Assembly: GCA_015680685.1 (NCBI GenBank)
Contig: MNCI01002505.1
Location: 171,653-235,652 of the forward strand
Reading direction: 5' to 3'
Source: Gnetum montanum
Lineage: Eukaryota; Plantae; Gnetophyta
DNA length: 64,000 bases
The notes under the pieces were generated by a model, which saw nothing but the letters and a program-made list of their open reading frames with translations, made no database searches and had not been told where the DNA came from. A program made the translations under genes and the position numbers. Below, piece after piece: positions 1 through 12,301 of this stretch; the first letter of the stretch is position 1, and each line of letters opens with the position of its first letter.

Positions 1-2476
1 GGAATTGAACTTCGAATATTTCGCTAAGTTTGCTCTTGAGGCTATTAGGGATCACCTCACAGGATCTCCCTTTGGCCTATCCTCTCTGAAAGCGATGCCT
101 AGTACCTAGGAGAGATGTACCAATTCTAGCACAATAGGGAGCAAGGCACAACTATCAATATTTATGGTGTGACAGTTGACTTCTCCATGTAGGCCTTTCG
201 GAAGTGTTAAATCTTCCGAATATAGGGTCCAAAGTTGCTCAGTTATCCACCCGTTCAAACCCAGATGTGCAAAAGGATTGGTTGGAGAAGGCTTATGGTA
301 GAGATAAAACATTTGGTGAGTTGATGATGGAAGAGAGGATATATTTTAAAATTGGAACATATCATCTCTTCCCCAAAAAGGGCTTGAAGAGAATATCAAC
401 GTATGCGGTTAAAGGATGTGCAATGTTGATGGGAAAAGTTAATGCTAACCTACCCCATCTATATTTGACAGAGATCCTGAGGCGGTTTGAGGAATGGAAG
501 ATAGGGAAGATGTCGTTGCCTTTCCCTTGTCTTATCAGAAAGCTGTTGCATCATGCTGGTATTTGAGGATACACCAATGATGTCCTCCGAAAAGCCCAGA
601 TTGCTTCATAAGTTGAATTGCTAAAGGCGCCAGCTCCAAGAAAAAGCACTGGCGAAGAGTTGGGACCAGAGCAAGAAGAAGAACAAATGGCTAGACCAAA
701 TGCAACCCAACTTGCAGGACCCAACCAACCTCTAGTCACGGGTCCTAGTCAACAACAAGAAGTAGCTAGGATCAGCCACCACCACCGCAAGACTACAGAC
801 CATCGATGAGCCATTTGAGGGCCATCGCTGAGATGGTTAGTTGGGGAAGTCGTGATGACGCAAACCTCTTCTGCATCATTGATGATGCCAAACAGCCAAT
901 TGTTTCATTGGATTGCAAAACGAGTGAAGTCTCTATTCACACAGGAGGAGGGGAAAGTAGATGATCACAACAAATCTCAGAAAACACAACATCTTTCTAG
1001 GTGCAGTTAGAGACTAGTGAAGGGGCCACCATGGTGGTCATGCAACACCAGAATGCTGCGAGAGCTATAGAAGTGATCACAGATCACATCAAAGAATCCT
1101 TCAATGTACCTGTTGTGTCATTGACATATCTCTTAGGAGCACAGGATGCTCAAACTTTGGTTGGAACCTCAATGACTCTTGTAGAACATGACGATGTGCT
1201 TGATCGATTGCTTCAAACATGGCAAGTAATGACATCCTTGTTCAACATCCCTTAAGATGTTAGAGCAATTCAATCAGACCTCATTTCCACAAAGGGGAAG
1301 TTGGTCTTAATAGAAGTGAGGGTTGAGCATGCTGAAGCTAAAGTGCAGAAACTACAAGAACAGCTTGTGGCCTTACAAGCAACACAACAGGACCCTCTAC
1401 AATTTGTTCCCACAGACTAGCTAGATAACTTTAGAATTGAGCAACTAACAAAGTTAATCGTAGAGAATAAAAGGGTGGTGGATGAAAAGGAGAAGGCTAT
1501 TTGGGATGCCTTCGTAGCACAGGCACAAACTCATGCCCATTTTAAGGCACTCAAGGCCTTGCAAGAAGAAAATAAATAGCTTGGGACTGACAATCTTTGG
1601 TTGACCACTATAGAAAAGCAAAAGAATGTTCTCAATGAACACTTTCATCAATTACAAGAATAATTTATCTGGGTCAACTGAGACGTAAGCCATTTAGCTA
1701 GAGAAAATCGAACCCTCTCGATGGAGGAGGTACGCACCATTCATCAAAAGTTAGCGATTGAAATAAGCACGTGGTAGAATGAGGCTAAACAACATGAAAA
1801 GCTGAAGGAGCACTTCCACGATCAGGTGGGGATGTATAAATAGATCCTTGAAAAGGAGATCCGTATTTCCAAGGCCCAAATCAACACTATCAGTGCTCAA
1901 CACACTGATTGGCAGGTCATATTGGACACATATGCCCTCACCCACCAAGCGAAAGTTAAAAATTAGGACCTGTAGATTCAAGACTTGGTAGAGTACATGG
2001 AGTTGGAAAATCTAAGATATGCCAACCTTGCCATGTTAACAGCAGGGTGCCCAAGGTTAGAGCTCAAGCAGCACGTAGCGACCACCCACATCAAATACGA
2101 AGCAGAATTTGCAGAGCACAAGAAGCTGGTGGAGAAACTAGATGTTGCAAATTCTGAACTTGGGGTGGTAAAATCCAGCAACTAGGGACATAAAGATGTT
2201 GCAATAAACTTGGCTAGATGGCTCACATAACTTTCATGAGTACAAGGATAAAGCCAAAGCCTATGAGGAGGAATGACGAGTGTTCGCAGCCTAGTACATC
2301 AAGGCCAACCAAATGTTTCCACAACTACCCTATCCGTGGGAGGTGTCGACTCTGTCAAACATTGAAACATTAGCATGGATGGCACAAGACCCTTAGATCG
2401 AAGAGGAGAAGCTCCTGGAGCACAAGACAAAGGGAAGGCACCAATGGAGGAGCCACCGCCACCAGGAACTACATGA
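1..2476 (+). pseudogene. Decayed env-position accessory ORF (plant-transposon-protein-like N domain, low-complexity linker, long coiled coil)
   Basis: ORF fragments 204-566, 618-809, 1001-1255 and 1985-2185 join through stops and frameshifts; ANLPHLYLTEILRR...LPFPCLIRKLL motif; E/Q/K/L-rich tail ending DKGKAPMEEPPPPPGTT*; colinear with 22402-28204 (-). Confidence 0.75.
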
Positions 2477-2639
2477 GTTCCAAATTTTTGTAGTTGTAGC
2501 ATACTCTGTGTATTGTGTATTTATTTTGTTTTCTTCCCACACTATGGCATCATCCCATTCTTCCATCTAATAATCCCATACCTATCCACTATGTAATCAC
2601 TATAACTCGAGGACGAGTTTTCATTTAGTCGTGGGGGTA

Positions 2640-3438
2640 TGATGAATCATGTTTTGGGCGACTGCGATATCGCATATCGCATACATGATATCATAGCCCA
2701 CTATTAGTCTATAAATAAGAGGTGGCTCTCCCTTGTTTGATAGTTTTACATTTAGATTGTAGCTAGACTTTGGCAGTTTGATCCCTCCAGAGTTAGAATA
2801 TTTTCTAGTGTCTACCCGTAGTGTGGTGAATGTAATTTTACGGCATCCTTTATTCGAGTGTGACGTACTTGGACATGCACATGACCGGAAATAAAGATCG
2901 AGATTAGTTCATCATTGTAGCATTTACTTTGTTTATTTATTTATTTATTTTTTATTTATTAATTTCCTAATTAGTCTCTCTCACCCTTAAACTCACGTTA
3001 GAACGTGGAATAAGTACAACTTGATTACGACCATTTAAGTGTGACTACTTGGTAACCCAGTAGCGTACCTAGGATCTGCGCTTGGTAATCCCAGTGGTAG
3101 TCATGCATGAAGTCCAAGATGTGTACGGATAATCAAGGAATGGATGCTCATCACACTTAGGCTTGATTAGATTCTCTTACCCTTTCTCCTAGCTTAGTTA
3201 ATATTACTTTCCATTGCCTTCAAGAGTAGCGTTAGATTAGGAACCACATCATACACCTCACTTTGGACTAAACCATACGTGACAAATATAATACTAGTCT
3301 AGGTGGGAAGATAGTAAACTGTGGCCTAAGGTTAACTATTTAGGTGCCACAACTAGTCTGTCTGTGGAGTTCGATTGGATTTCACGTGTAACACTCGTAT
3401 TCGTATGGTTGAGTGTAGGGGTACCTCGCCACTCATCA
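2640..3438 (+). repeat. LTR of Athila-like element (copy 1)
   Basis: Starts TGATGA directly after the PPT, ends ACTCATCA; TATAAAT at 2710; reverse-complement homology to 21315-22211. Confidence 0.88.
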
Positions 3439-3492
3439 ATTACAAAGTACAAAAATATATATAAACATACTAAATGAACCTTGGGTGGTGGG

Positions 3493-4703
3493 TGTTTTCC
3501 TTTTAGTATGTTAAAACCTTAAGAAAAATGGAGAACATAGAATGTTTGTGGAATTGGATGTTTTTGTAGGTCAAGAATGAGATCTACAAAGAGATGTCAA
3601 AGTTGAGACTACAAGAACTCAAGGGAGCTTGAACAAGTATGAAGACTATAAGCTAAATGAAGATACTCCAGTGATTGATAGGAAGCTAAATCAGCAAGAG
3701 GAAGCCTTGGGAACGAAATTTTAAAAGATGAAAAGATGTCTCTAAAAGCAAAAGATAGCTTGGACGAAGTGGAGTACAAGAAGACATCTCCCAAAAATAG
3801 GAAATATCTTCTTTCTAGAGAAGATGTCTCCATAGAGACATTCCACTTTGAAAGGAGATGTCTTCCTAGAATTAAAGTTAATTTCAGAGAGACATCCCAA
3901 TCTTGAAGGAGACATCTACACTAGCTATTAAATAGTTGTTGTACAAATTTTGAGGTGATTTTGGAAACTATGATACTATAAGAAGACTTCAATTTCTTGG
4001 GTATTGAGCAAGAAGTATTGTGCATGAATTATCACTATCAAAGCAATCATTGTATATTTTACTCGTGTACTTCATTTGTAAAATCATTTGCTTGATTGAT
4101 TGTAGAATTATGCTTCAAAGTACAAAGACATGTAATTTAAGTTACATTATATTCTTATGATTTTGTTTCTCTCTTATAGCCTTCTGAGGTTGATGTGCTT
4201 ATTGCAAGAAGGCATTGTGATTGAGCTTTTTAGGATCCTATGGGATTGAGTGTTTGTGCAACATCAAAATACTCAGAAGTGGAGCTTAATTTTGTAAAGG
4301 TTGTGGGATCCTTGAAACCACATTCTGAGCTTATTGGGACCTTGCAAGGTTGAGTGGTTTTGCTATGATGAAACACTTCGGAGTGGAGCTCAAAGCTTGT
4401 ATAGGGTGTGGTGCCCTTCAAACCACATTTTGAGCTTGTTGGGACCTTGTGGAGTTGAGAGATTTCATAGTAATGAAACTCTCTATAGGAGCTCAAATCT
4501 TTTAAAGGTTGTTGTGCCCTTTAAACCACATTCTTGAGAAACAAAGTCGAGATATGTACAAGGATTCTACCCTCTGAGTGTGAACATACCCAGGTTGGGA
4601 AACCATGTAAAATTTGGATGTGGTTTTTATGGCTATTTAATTATGATTTCAGAAACTTATTCATCCTCCCCCCCCTCCCCACCTTCTAAGTTCTCAATCC
4701 TCA
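3493..4703 (+). repeat. 5' LTR of SIRE-like element 1
   Basis: TG...CA termini; colinear with 14573-15737; AGACATCT/AGATGTCT motif cluster at ~3720-3920; about three ~105-bp subrepeats at ~4225-4540. Confidence 0.9.
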
Positions 4704-4705
4704 AG

Positions 4706-4716
4706 TGGTATCAGAG
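4706..4716 (+). promoter_or_regulatory. Primer binding site for tRNA-iMet
   Basis: TGGTATCAGAG 2 nt after the LTR end. Confidence 0.92.
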
Positions 4717-4757
4717 TGTGGTACTCTTTCATTCGACATCAATTCAAAAAGTGAACC

Positions 4758-6450
4758 ATGGAGGAAACATCTTAAACAAAGTCGTCAATGTTGGGTTTGA
4801 CTTTAGCTTCTTTGAGTCTATGGAGTTTAATGTATAGGATTCCATCCTCAAAGGCCACACTCTGCTCATTGACAACACAATAAAGGGCATCAAGCCCTAG
4901 AGCAAATGGACACAAGAAGAAATAGATAAGTTCATGTATGATTCAAAAGCAAAAAATTGTGTGTATTGTGCATTAAATAAGTCTAAATTTAATAGAGTAG
5001 TTGGATGTAAAATGGCCAAAGAAATTTGGGAAACTTTAAAAGCTACATATGAGGGAACATCAATAGTTAAGTAATCTAAACTTTTAGTTTTGCAAAGTGA
5101 GTACGATAAGCTTAAAATGAAAGAAGAAAAGAAGATAAAAGATTATTTCTCTAGGGTGAAAAATCCTATTGTGACTATTAGAGGTACTAGTAAGGATCTT
5201 CTTCAAAGTGATGTCATAATACAAATGATTAGAATGCTCCACCAAGAATTTAGACTAAAGGTCACAATCATGGAAGAAATTAGATATTTTTCTATTCTAA
5301 AATTTGAAGAGCTTCAAAGTATTCTTATTGTTAATGAAATGAACCTCATAAGTGAAGGGGCAATAAAAGAAAAGCCCATTATACTAAAATCAGCCACAAA
5401 GGAAAAGGAACCTACTAATGAAGATGTGAGAAACAAAGAGGAAGTAGCTCTTTTTTCAAGAAGAGTCCAATAGCTACTTGCAAGAAAAGGAAAAAGCTTC
5501 AATCAATCAGGCCCTAATCAATCTAACTTCAAAGGTAAGGATAAAGGTAAGAATTTTCCAAATTCAAATTTTGATGCTTTTTTAGTAGAATGTTGGCTAT
5601 GTGGAGGAAGAGGGCATGTGGCCTCATAATGTCCTAGCAATGGCAAGTTGCAATGAAAAGAGAGGACTAATATGGAAACGAAAAAAACCAACTTCTACAC
5701 TAGTTGGGATGATGGTGAGCAAAGTGAAGAAGAAGTAGAAAACTCACAAAGAATTCTTAGCTCATATGCACGGTTCTCACAAATGAAAATTCACTACTAA
5801 TTACTAATGAACTAAGAGTTAAGTATGACAAAAGGTATAGTGAATTACAAGAAGAAATTCTGATTCTACATTATTTACTTATGAAGGTAAAGAAATACAT
5901 GAATAGAAAATTTTATGCAGTTCACACCAAATTAAAAGGAGAAATATCATACTTAAAGGTAGAGATTCAACAACTAATCCCTTTCAATAAAGAATGTGAT
6001 GGTTTTCAAGAAGGAGAGGTTCATGAAAAACAACCAAGGAATGAGGATTTAGAAAACTGACACAGTAGGGTACAAGCTCCACCTCAAGCATAATCAAGTT
6101 TGATAACTCCATTCATGAGGAAAATACTTTATTTGTCTATAAAAATTGTGGAAGTAAACAAAACTTTGATTATCCTCATATTGATCCAAAAAATATTAAT
6201 GCTTGGTCTTACCAAAAAGTTCCTAGTAAGGATATTTTGCAAGAAGCAGCAATTGGAAATTTCCTTGAAAAGATAAATGATACAGAAGGTGATCAAAAAT
6301 ATTTTCATCATATAGAACATATATAATTTTGGCTATCATACAAAAGGACTGATGAAAAAGAATTAAAGGATGAGGAGTTTCTTCATGATAGAGGACCTCA
6401 TCTCCAACTTCACTAGTGTTTTTCATCTCAATTGCAAGTAAGGTAAGTTA
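4758..6450 (+). pseudogene. gag: Decayed copia-type gag (UBN2-like core plus CCHC zinc knuckle)
   Basis: AKEIWETLKATYEGTS.VK*SKL..LQSEYDKLKMKEE..IKDYFSRV; zinc knuckle CWLCGGRGHVAS*C at ~5591-5632; 3' end approximate. Confidence 0.85.
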
Positions 6451-7645
6451 TGGTAAGTTTTTATTTCCTTGCTTGCTAGAAATTATGTTAGTTTTTAAAT
6501 GTTTTTTTGGTCATTTGAATGATCAAAAAATACTAATTTGCTTTGATGTGTGCTTACATTTTTTTAAGACTATGGAAAATTAGCTCCAAGTTCTACAAAG
6601 GTTCAGATAAGCACTTATGTAGGAGAAGATATTTGATATTAGTGGGCCATTGTTGGAATATTTGATTATGGTATCTTTTGTAAACATAAGAGCATGATGT
6701 GATTAGTTTTATGGTTAAATTGAAGCTTGTGCTACTTTTAAAGTTTTTTGATGTATGATAATTTAAGCATTTGAATTGGTACCTTGGATGAAATTCATGA
6801 ATATTTTGAGAAAATGAACATTTCAAGAGGAATTATCATGAAGTATGATTAATAGCAGACCTTAGTCTCCACACTTGATCTTAATGTTGCATTATAGGGG
6901 TAGTACTTTGATAATAAAAGAACCATGATGATTACAAGTTGATCGAAAAAGACCCAAAGGGAGCATTAGAATCAAAAGGATATCTACACATATGTAGGGC
7001 GAGTCTGTATCTCATCACCAATTATCATCATATAGGCCACCAGTGTAGGGGGAGTTTTTTGGGACTTTTAGCAAAAGACACACAAGCAACAATATTTCAC
7101 ACTCCAATTGAGTAAGAATTCATTTAAGAGTATGGTAAAGTATCCAAGGTAAAAGAATGAGTTAAATTTTGGTTAAGATATCTATTGGATATTTTACCTT
7201 GTGATGTATTTCTTGTTGCTGGTATTTAAATTTGACATGGATATATACAAATTATTGTATGAATATCTTGTTAAGAATTTGTTTGATTATTTTTGAGATA
7301 TTTAACATGATAATTTTTGTTGCTTTGACCTTTCTTGTGAGTATTTGATCTAATTCTTGAAAGTTAGATAAGCATGTATTCTCTCTCTTGCCATGGAATT
7401 ACTATGCCTTATTCTATTGTTAAAGTTTCAAAGGTGTGTAATATTGGATAATACAGAATCATGAGATATAGGTTTAGTTGTCACTAATGGGATAATTGGT
7501 TCAAAATATAGGTTACATGACTCTAAACACTCAAAATTTGCACTTTAGCCTATTGGTTTTAATTCCTTATGAACTTTTTTTTTTTGAGAGAATGTTCGGG
7601 ATTGTATTACTAAAAGTTATGGTACACGAAGAAGCAATAACAATG

Positions 7646-7975
7646 NNNNNNNNNNNNNNNNNNNNNNNNNNNNNNNNNNNNNNNNNNNNNNNNNNNNNNN
7701 NNNNNNNNNNNNNNNNNNNNNNNNNNNNNNNNNNNNNNNNNNNNNNNNNNNNNNNNNNNNNNNNNNNNNNNNNNNNNNNNNNNNNNNNNNNNNNNNNNNN
7801 NNNNNNNNNNNNNNNNNNNNNNNNNNNNNNNNNNNNNNNNNNNNNNNNNNNNNNNNNNNNNNNNNNNNNNNNNNNNNNNNNNNNNNNNNNNNNNNNNNNN
7901 NNNNNNNNNNNNNNNNNNNNNNNNNNNNNNNNNNNNNNNNNNNNNNNNNNNNNNNNNNNNNNNNNNNNNNNNNNN
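7646..7975. other. Assembly gap in the LINE 3' UTR (further gaps at 9239-9318 and 12630-12839)
   Basis: N runs; all three lie inside the GC-rich LINE and two are next to G tracts. Confidence 0.99.
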
Positions 7976-8055
7976 GAGGGAGCTCAGACGACACATCAGA
8001 CGCACGTCCGCTAGATTCCACCCTGATGCNGCTCTCACAACTAATGCCCAAAATG

Positions 8056-9238
8056 CTATATGGGCAACGCCCCCCCGAGCCACTGACAGGCACTGTGTAC
8101 ATGTGCCTGATCAAGTTGTCGTTGCCGTTGCTCCTCCTCCTCCCTCAGGCGCTCCTGCTCCTCCCGGGCCACCGCCTCCTAGGCCTGACGAGCCGCCTCT
8201 TCTTAGTGCAGCTCCTCCCTGATTTGGTCCTGGAGCTCATCAATGAGCTGGGCTTGCGAGTTCTCCATCATGAGCGTGTGCTGTCGGCTCAGCTGTTGCG
8301 TCGGTTCACGAAGCTGGGCGTCGTGGTCGGCGCACCACTGAGCCAGGGACTCGGCCCACTTTGCCTCCGAAATCTATCGCTCGGTCTCCTGAGCAGTAGC
8401 AACCACCTGTTGCATTTTCGCCTCCCAATTTGGGGGGGCGCTGGGGGGTCAGGTGAGGGGGGGGGGATTTCGACAAGAGCGGCTTCCCCAGGTGAGGTTC
8501 AAAGCGGTCTACCGCTACTGAGTGGCCGGGGTGGGGGAAATCGGGGTGGTGGGGGGGCATCAACAAGGTGACCCCCAGGGGGGGCAGAGGACAAGCCAAG
8601 AGCCCCCTGGCCCCCCTGCCCCCCACCACAAAGCCAAAATTAGCCCCGAGTGGTGTCCACGGTGTTTACGGCGAAGGGCCTCAAGGAAGAACCGCGGTAG
8701 GTTAACGTGGGTGCCGTCCTTCAAGCACCTCAAGAAGGTGAAATGCAACCCCTGGAGCTTGGACACGTTGCCCGACTGGATGAAAAAACGTTCCACCAAG
8801 GCAGTGGCGCAAGCCCAGAGGCACGGGAGAGAAGATCGAGGGACCTGGCAGCTTTGCGTTCTCGGGGTTAGCCCCTCGAAAAAGGTCGCAGAGTTTTGGA
8901 GGCCACGGAAGGTCGGCAGGATGACCTCACTAGCGGCCGAGACCCCCAAATAACTAGCCAGGGCAGCTTCCGTGAGCCGAATTGCACGGCCACAAAAGAA
9001 AGTTTGATCGCCATGCCAGTTAGTAAAGAACGTGTTGTCAGGAAGGTCAGGGTCCCCGACTAGCCTCTGTAGCAGGTCAGCCCAGCCGCATTGGCAGACC
9101 ATCTGCCAGAGTTCCGCGTCATCCCGGTAGACGGTGTAGTCAGGTTCGTACGTCGGCGTGGCTCCCATGGTGTCCGCAAGCTCACGCCACGCTCTGCAGG
9201 TCCACAGGATAAGTCGCTGGGAGGGGGGGTTGCCGCCT
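8056..9238 (-). pseudogene. Extra LINE coding region (ORF3 or ORF2 C-terminal extension): gypsy-accessory-ORF-like domain, Pro-rich linker, coiled coil
   Basis: 202-aa ORF at 8560-9168 stays open upstream to the gap; after a frameshift a manual translation gives PNWEAKMQQVVATAQETER*...LIDELQDQIREELH*EEAARQA*EAVAREEQERLREEEEQRQRQLDQ...PI* ending at 8056; lies inside the TSD/poly-A boundaries. Confidence 0.8.
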
Positions 9239-9318
9239 NNNNNNNNNNNNNNNNNNNNNNNNNNNNNNNNNNNNNNNNNNNNNNNNNNNNNNNNNNNNNN
9301 NNNNNNNNNNNNNNNNNN

Positions 9319-12301
9319 GGGGGGGCATCCTACATGCGCGCCAAGTGGCGATCATGCAAGGGTAGTCGTAAATGAAGTGGGTGAGCGTTTCGGGGCTAGT
9401 TCCGCAGCGCGGACACGTGGTGTCGTGTGTGATGCCGTGCTGCTGTAGTACAACGTGTACGGGGAGCGCCGCAGACTTTATCTGCCAGAGGAACATTTTG
9501 ACTTTCTCGGGAAGCCGCCTGCGCCAGATCTCCTGGCAGCCGTCCTCTGGGGAAAATTTGTGCGTCAGGATGGCACGCAGCTCGAGGTGGATCCAGCCCA
9601 GGTGCAGCATCTCCCGCACGTGCCGACAGATGGTCAGCCAAGGGCGTGAAGCGTGCGGTCCAGGCTACCAAGGCGTGTATTTTCGACGGGCGATGTGGGC
9701 CCATTGGCTGTGCTTCCCCAGCACACATGTCAGCCGGTGGACGAGCCGTTGCTGTCCCATCGTGCATTCATCTTCGAAAGTCGTGACGCCCAAGCCCCCA
9801 GCCTGATGAGGACGGGCGACGCGGTGCTAGTTTACAAGGTGAAGCTTGCGCCCCCCTTTGCCCCCATGCCAAATGAAGCTGCGGATCATGGCATTGATTT
9901 GGTGAATTATGGCCGAGGGGGGCGCGGCGACCGCCGCCATAAAGCGCGCAGTGGCCGCGAGGATCCCGGTAGCCACGAGGAGGCGGCCCTTGCGGGTGAG
10001 AAAACGGTTTGCCCAGTGGTGAATGCGCTTCTCGAGTTTGGCCAGGAGGGGAGTCCAAGTATTGTTCCATCCCCATTGGAACAACGGGATACCAAGGTAG
10101 GTATCGGTGAGTTTGCCGGACTGAATGTTCAGGATTTGTGTAACCCGGTGCTGCACCTGTGGGTCCACATTGATGAAGTACGCCACCGACTTTGTGCGAT
10201 TGATTTCCAATCCTAATTTGGCGGCCAATTTGGTCAGGGCCAGGTTGATACACCGTGCTTGAGGGGCCGCCGCTCGGCTGAGAAGCATGGTATCGTCGAC
10301 GTAGTGTTCAACACGGCAAGCCACCCCTGCAATGTCTAGGCCCTCCACCCCCGAGGTACTGCAGTAAAATTGCATGAGGTCCATGGTAATGATGAACAAC
10401 AAGGGGGACAGGGGGTCGCCTTGCCTTAGTCCACGACTAGGGGAGGAAAAGCCCCATAACCGCCCACCCACGTCAAAGGAGAACCCTACGGAGGACTGGA
10501 TATGCAGACATAATTGGATAAAACCAGGGTCAAAGCCTTTCTTATGCATGATGTCATGTAAGGCGTCCCAACTAAGCGTGTCGTATGCCTTAGCTATGTC
10601 TAGCTTGAGACATAGACCAGGAAACCCCGTAGTACAGAGGGAATGAAGGACCTCTTGCATAAGAAGAACCTGATCCTGAAGGGTCCTACCATGAACGAAG
10701 CCTGCCTGATTGCGTCCAACCAACTTAGGCAAGAAGGGTCCTAGACGATTGACCAGGAGTTTGGAGAAGACGCGAATGAGAACATTGCACACACCAATGG
10801 GACAAAAGTGCTTTGGGCGGTGTGCATTCAACTGTTTTGGGATGCAGATGATGCGCAAGCAGTTGAGCTCGTGCTGAACCTGTCGTCTGGCCAGCATGAC
10901 GTTGAAAGTATCCAGAAGATTGGGCCCCACAACATCTGAGAAAGCTCTAAAGAACTCCAGTGACCAACCATCTGGTCCAAGTGCTTTACCGCCTGGCATG
11001 TTGTTGATGGTGTTAGTCAATTTTGTCGCTGAGAAGGGGGCTAGAAGAAGTTGATTGTCCGCTGTAGTGAGCACCTTGGCCACATGGACGGAGATGGGCT
11101 GGGTGGGGTGCTTGGTCCAAATGTGCCCCCAATAATGTGAGAGCTCGTTGGCAATCCCCTGTGGGTCTTCAACCATTGCCCCAGCCTGAGTACGGAGACC
11201 ACGGATGTGGGTTTCGCCCCGCGTCTTAGCCATGGCAAAGAAGAATTTCGTATGTCGGTCCCCCTCGCGGAGCCATCTAATTCGAGATTGCTACCGCCAA
11301 TAGGTCTCCTCCTCGTGATCCAGACTTTGGAGTTGACGAAGAAGAAGCATCTCCTCCGAGTACAGGTCCTCCTCAGTCTCTTGTCACGCCTGGATGTGTC
11401 CGAGCCGCTCCTGAACAATCTTGTGGCCAGTACGAAACGAAAACTTCTCCCCCACCGGGAGGGCCCGGATGACCCACTTGAGCCGAAGGAGAGCATCTTT
11501 GAGGAAGCTTCGAGGGTCCATCCGACTCGGCTGGTAATCGGCCCAGATGTCCTCCACTAGAGGGTGAAGCCACGGTTTGGTCAGCCATGTGGTCTCGAAT
11601 CGAAATGGGCGTGGGGCCTGGGGTTGAAGTGGGCCAATGGACATGACCAGCAAGCGGTGGTCAGAAGCAACCTGCTCCTGCCCGGTCATGCTGATGGCGG
11701 TGCCGAGGAGGAGAGCAGAGCTAATTCAAACTTGATCAATAAGGGAGAGGACACGGTGCACCCCTTTCTGCCGGTTGCTTCAGGTGAAACGGCAGTTCAC
11801 AATGGGCAGATCAACAAGAGAAGAGCGCTCAAGGAACTCCATGAAATCTGGCGTGCCCAGAGGGGGGGGGGGCAACCCCCCAGATTTCTCCCAATGGTAC
11901 AAACGCTAGTTGAAGTCAGCAACAACCACCCAGGAGCCATGATCAGGCACCAGCAAGGCCACCCGATTCAACTCGTGAAGCCGTGATTCCCAAGCCTACG
12001 CCCCATAGAAGTTGGTCAGCCAAAAACCATGGGTAGGGATGTGGACCATGATGGTCCACGGGGAGGCATCCACCAGGGTGGTGGTGGGGCGTGCAAGAAT
12101 GGCCAGGCCTCCGGCCTGGCCCTGGCTGGGGTGTAGGTAGGTGGTCCATCTCGTCCACTGGGGGTGACCAGATTTCGCGGCCTGTAGCTTGGTTTCCTGT
12201 AGGCAGACCATATCACAATTCTCGTCTCTGATAATACGGCGTAGGGTATTTCGTTTATAGGGGGTACCCTGCCCCCTGCAATTCCAACTAAAAATCTTCA
12301 T
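9319..12301 (-). pseudogene. LINE ORF2 (APE endonuclease, reverse transcriptase, zf-RVT), with several stops and frameshifts
   Basis: MKIFSWNCRG, CLQETK, VADFN, SDH, PFRFE..W; GPDGW, LKLDIAKAYD, RGLRQGDPLSPLLF, YVDD, YLGIPL; IW...LPEKVKMFLW...CPRC....ETLTHF. True C-terminus is hidden by the N gap at 9239-9318. Confidence 0.95.

Larger units (their letters stand above)
1..3438 (+). mobile_element. 3' part of Athila-like Ty3/gypsy LTR retrotransposon (accessory ORF, PPT, 3' LTR); 5' part lies outside the window
   Basis: Decayed ORF followed by CTCGAGGACGAG...TTTAGTCGTGGGGGTA (Athila-type PPT region) and an ~800-bp LTR with TGATGA...TCATCA termini; homologous inverted copy at 21315-28220. Lineage assignment is by motif only. 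Confidence 0.8.

Noticed and set aside
7496-8114. 150-170-aa ORFs in the track
   Set aside because: Mostly X residues from the N gap.
8430-8625. G-quadruplex-like G tracts
   Set aside because: Explained as the complement of Pro codons in the linker; no independent evidence of function.
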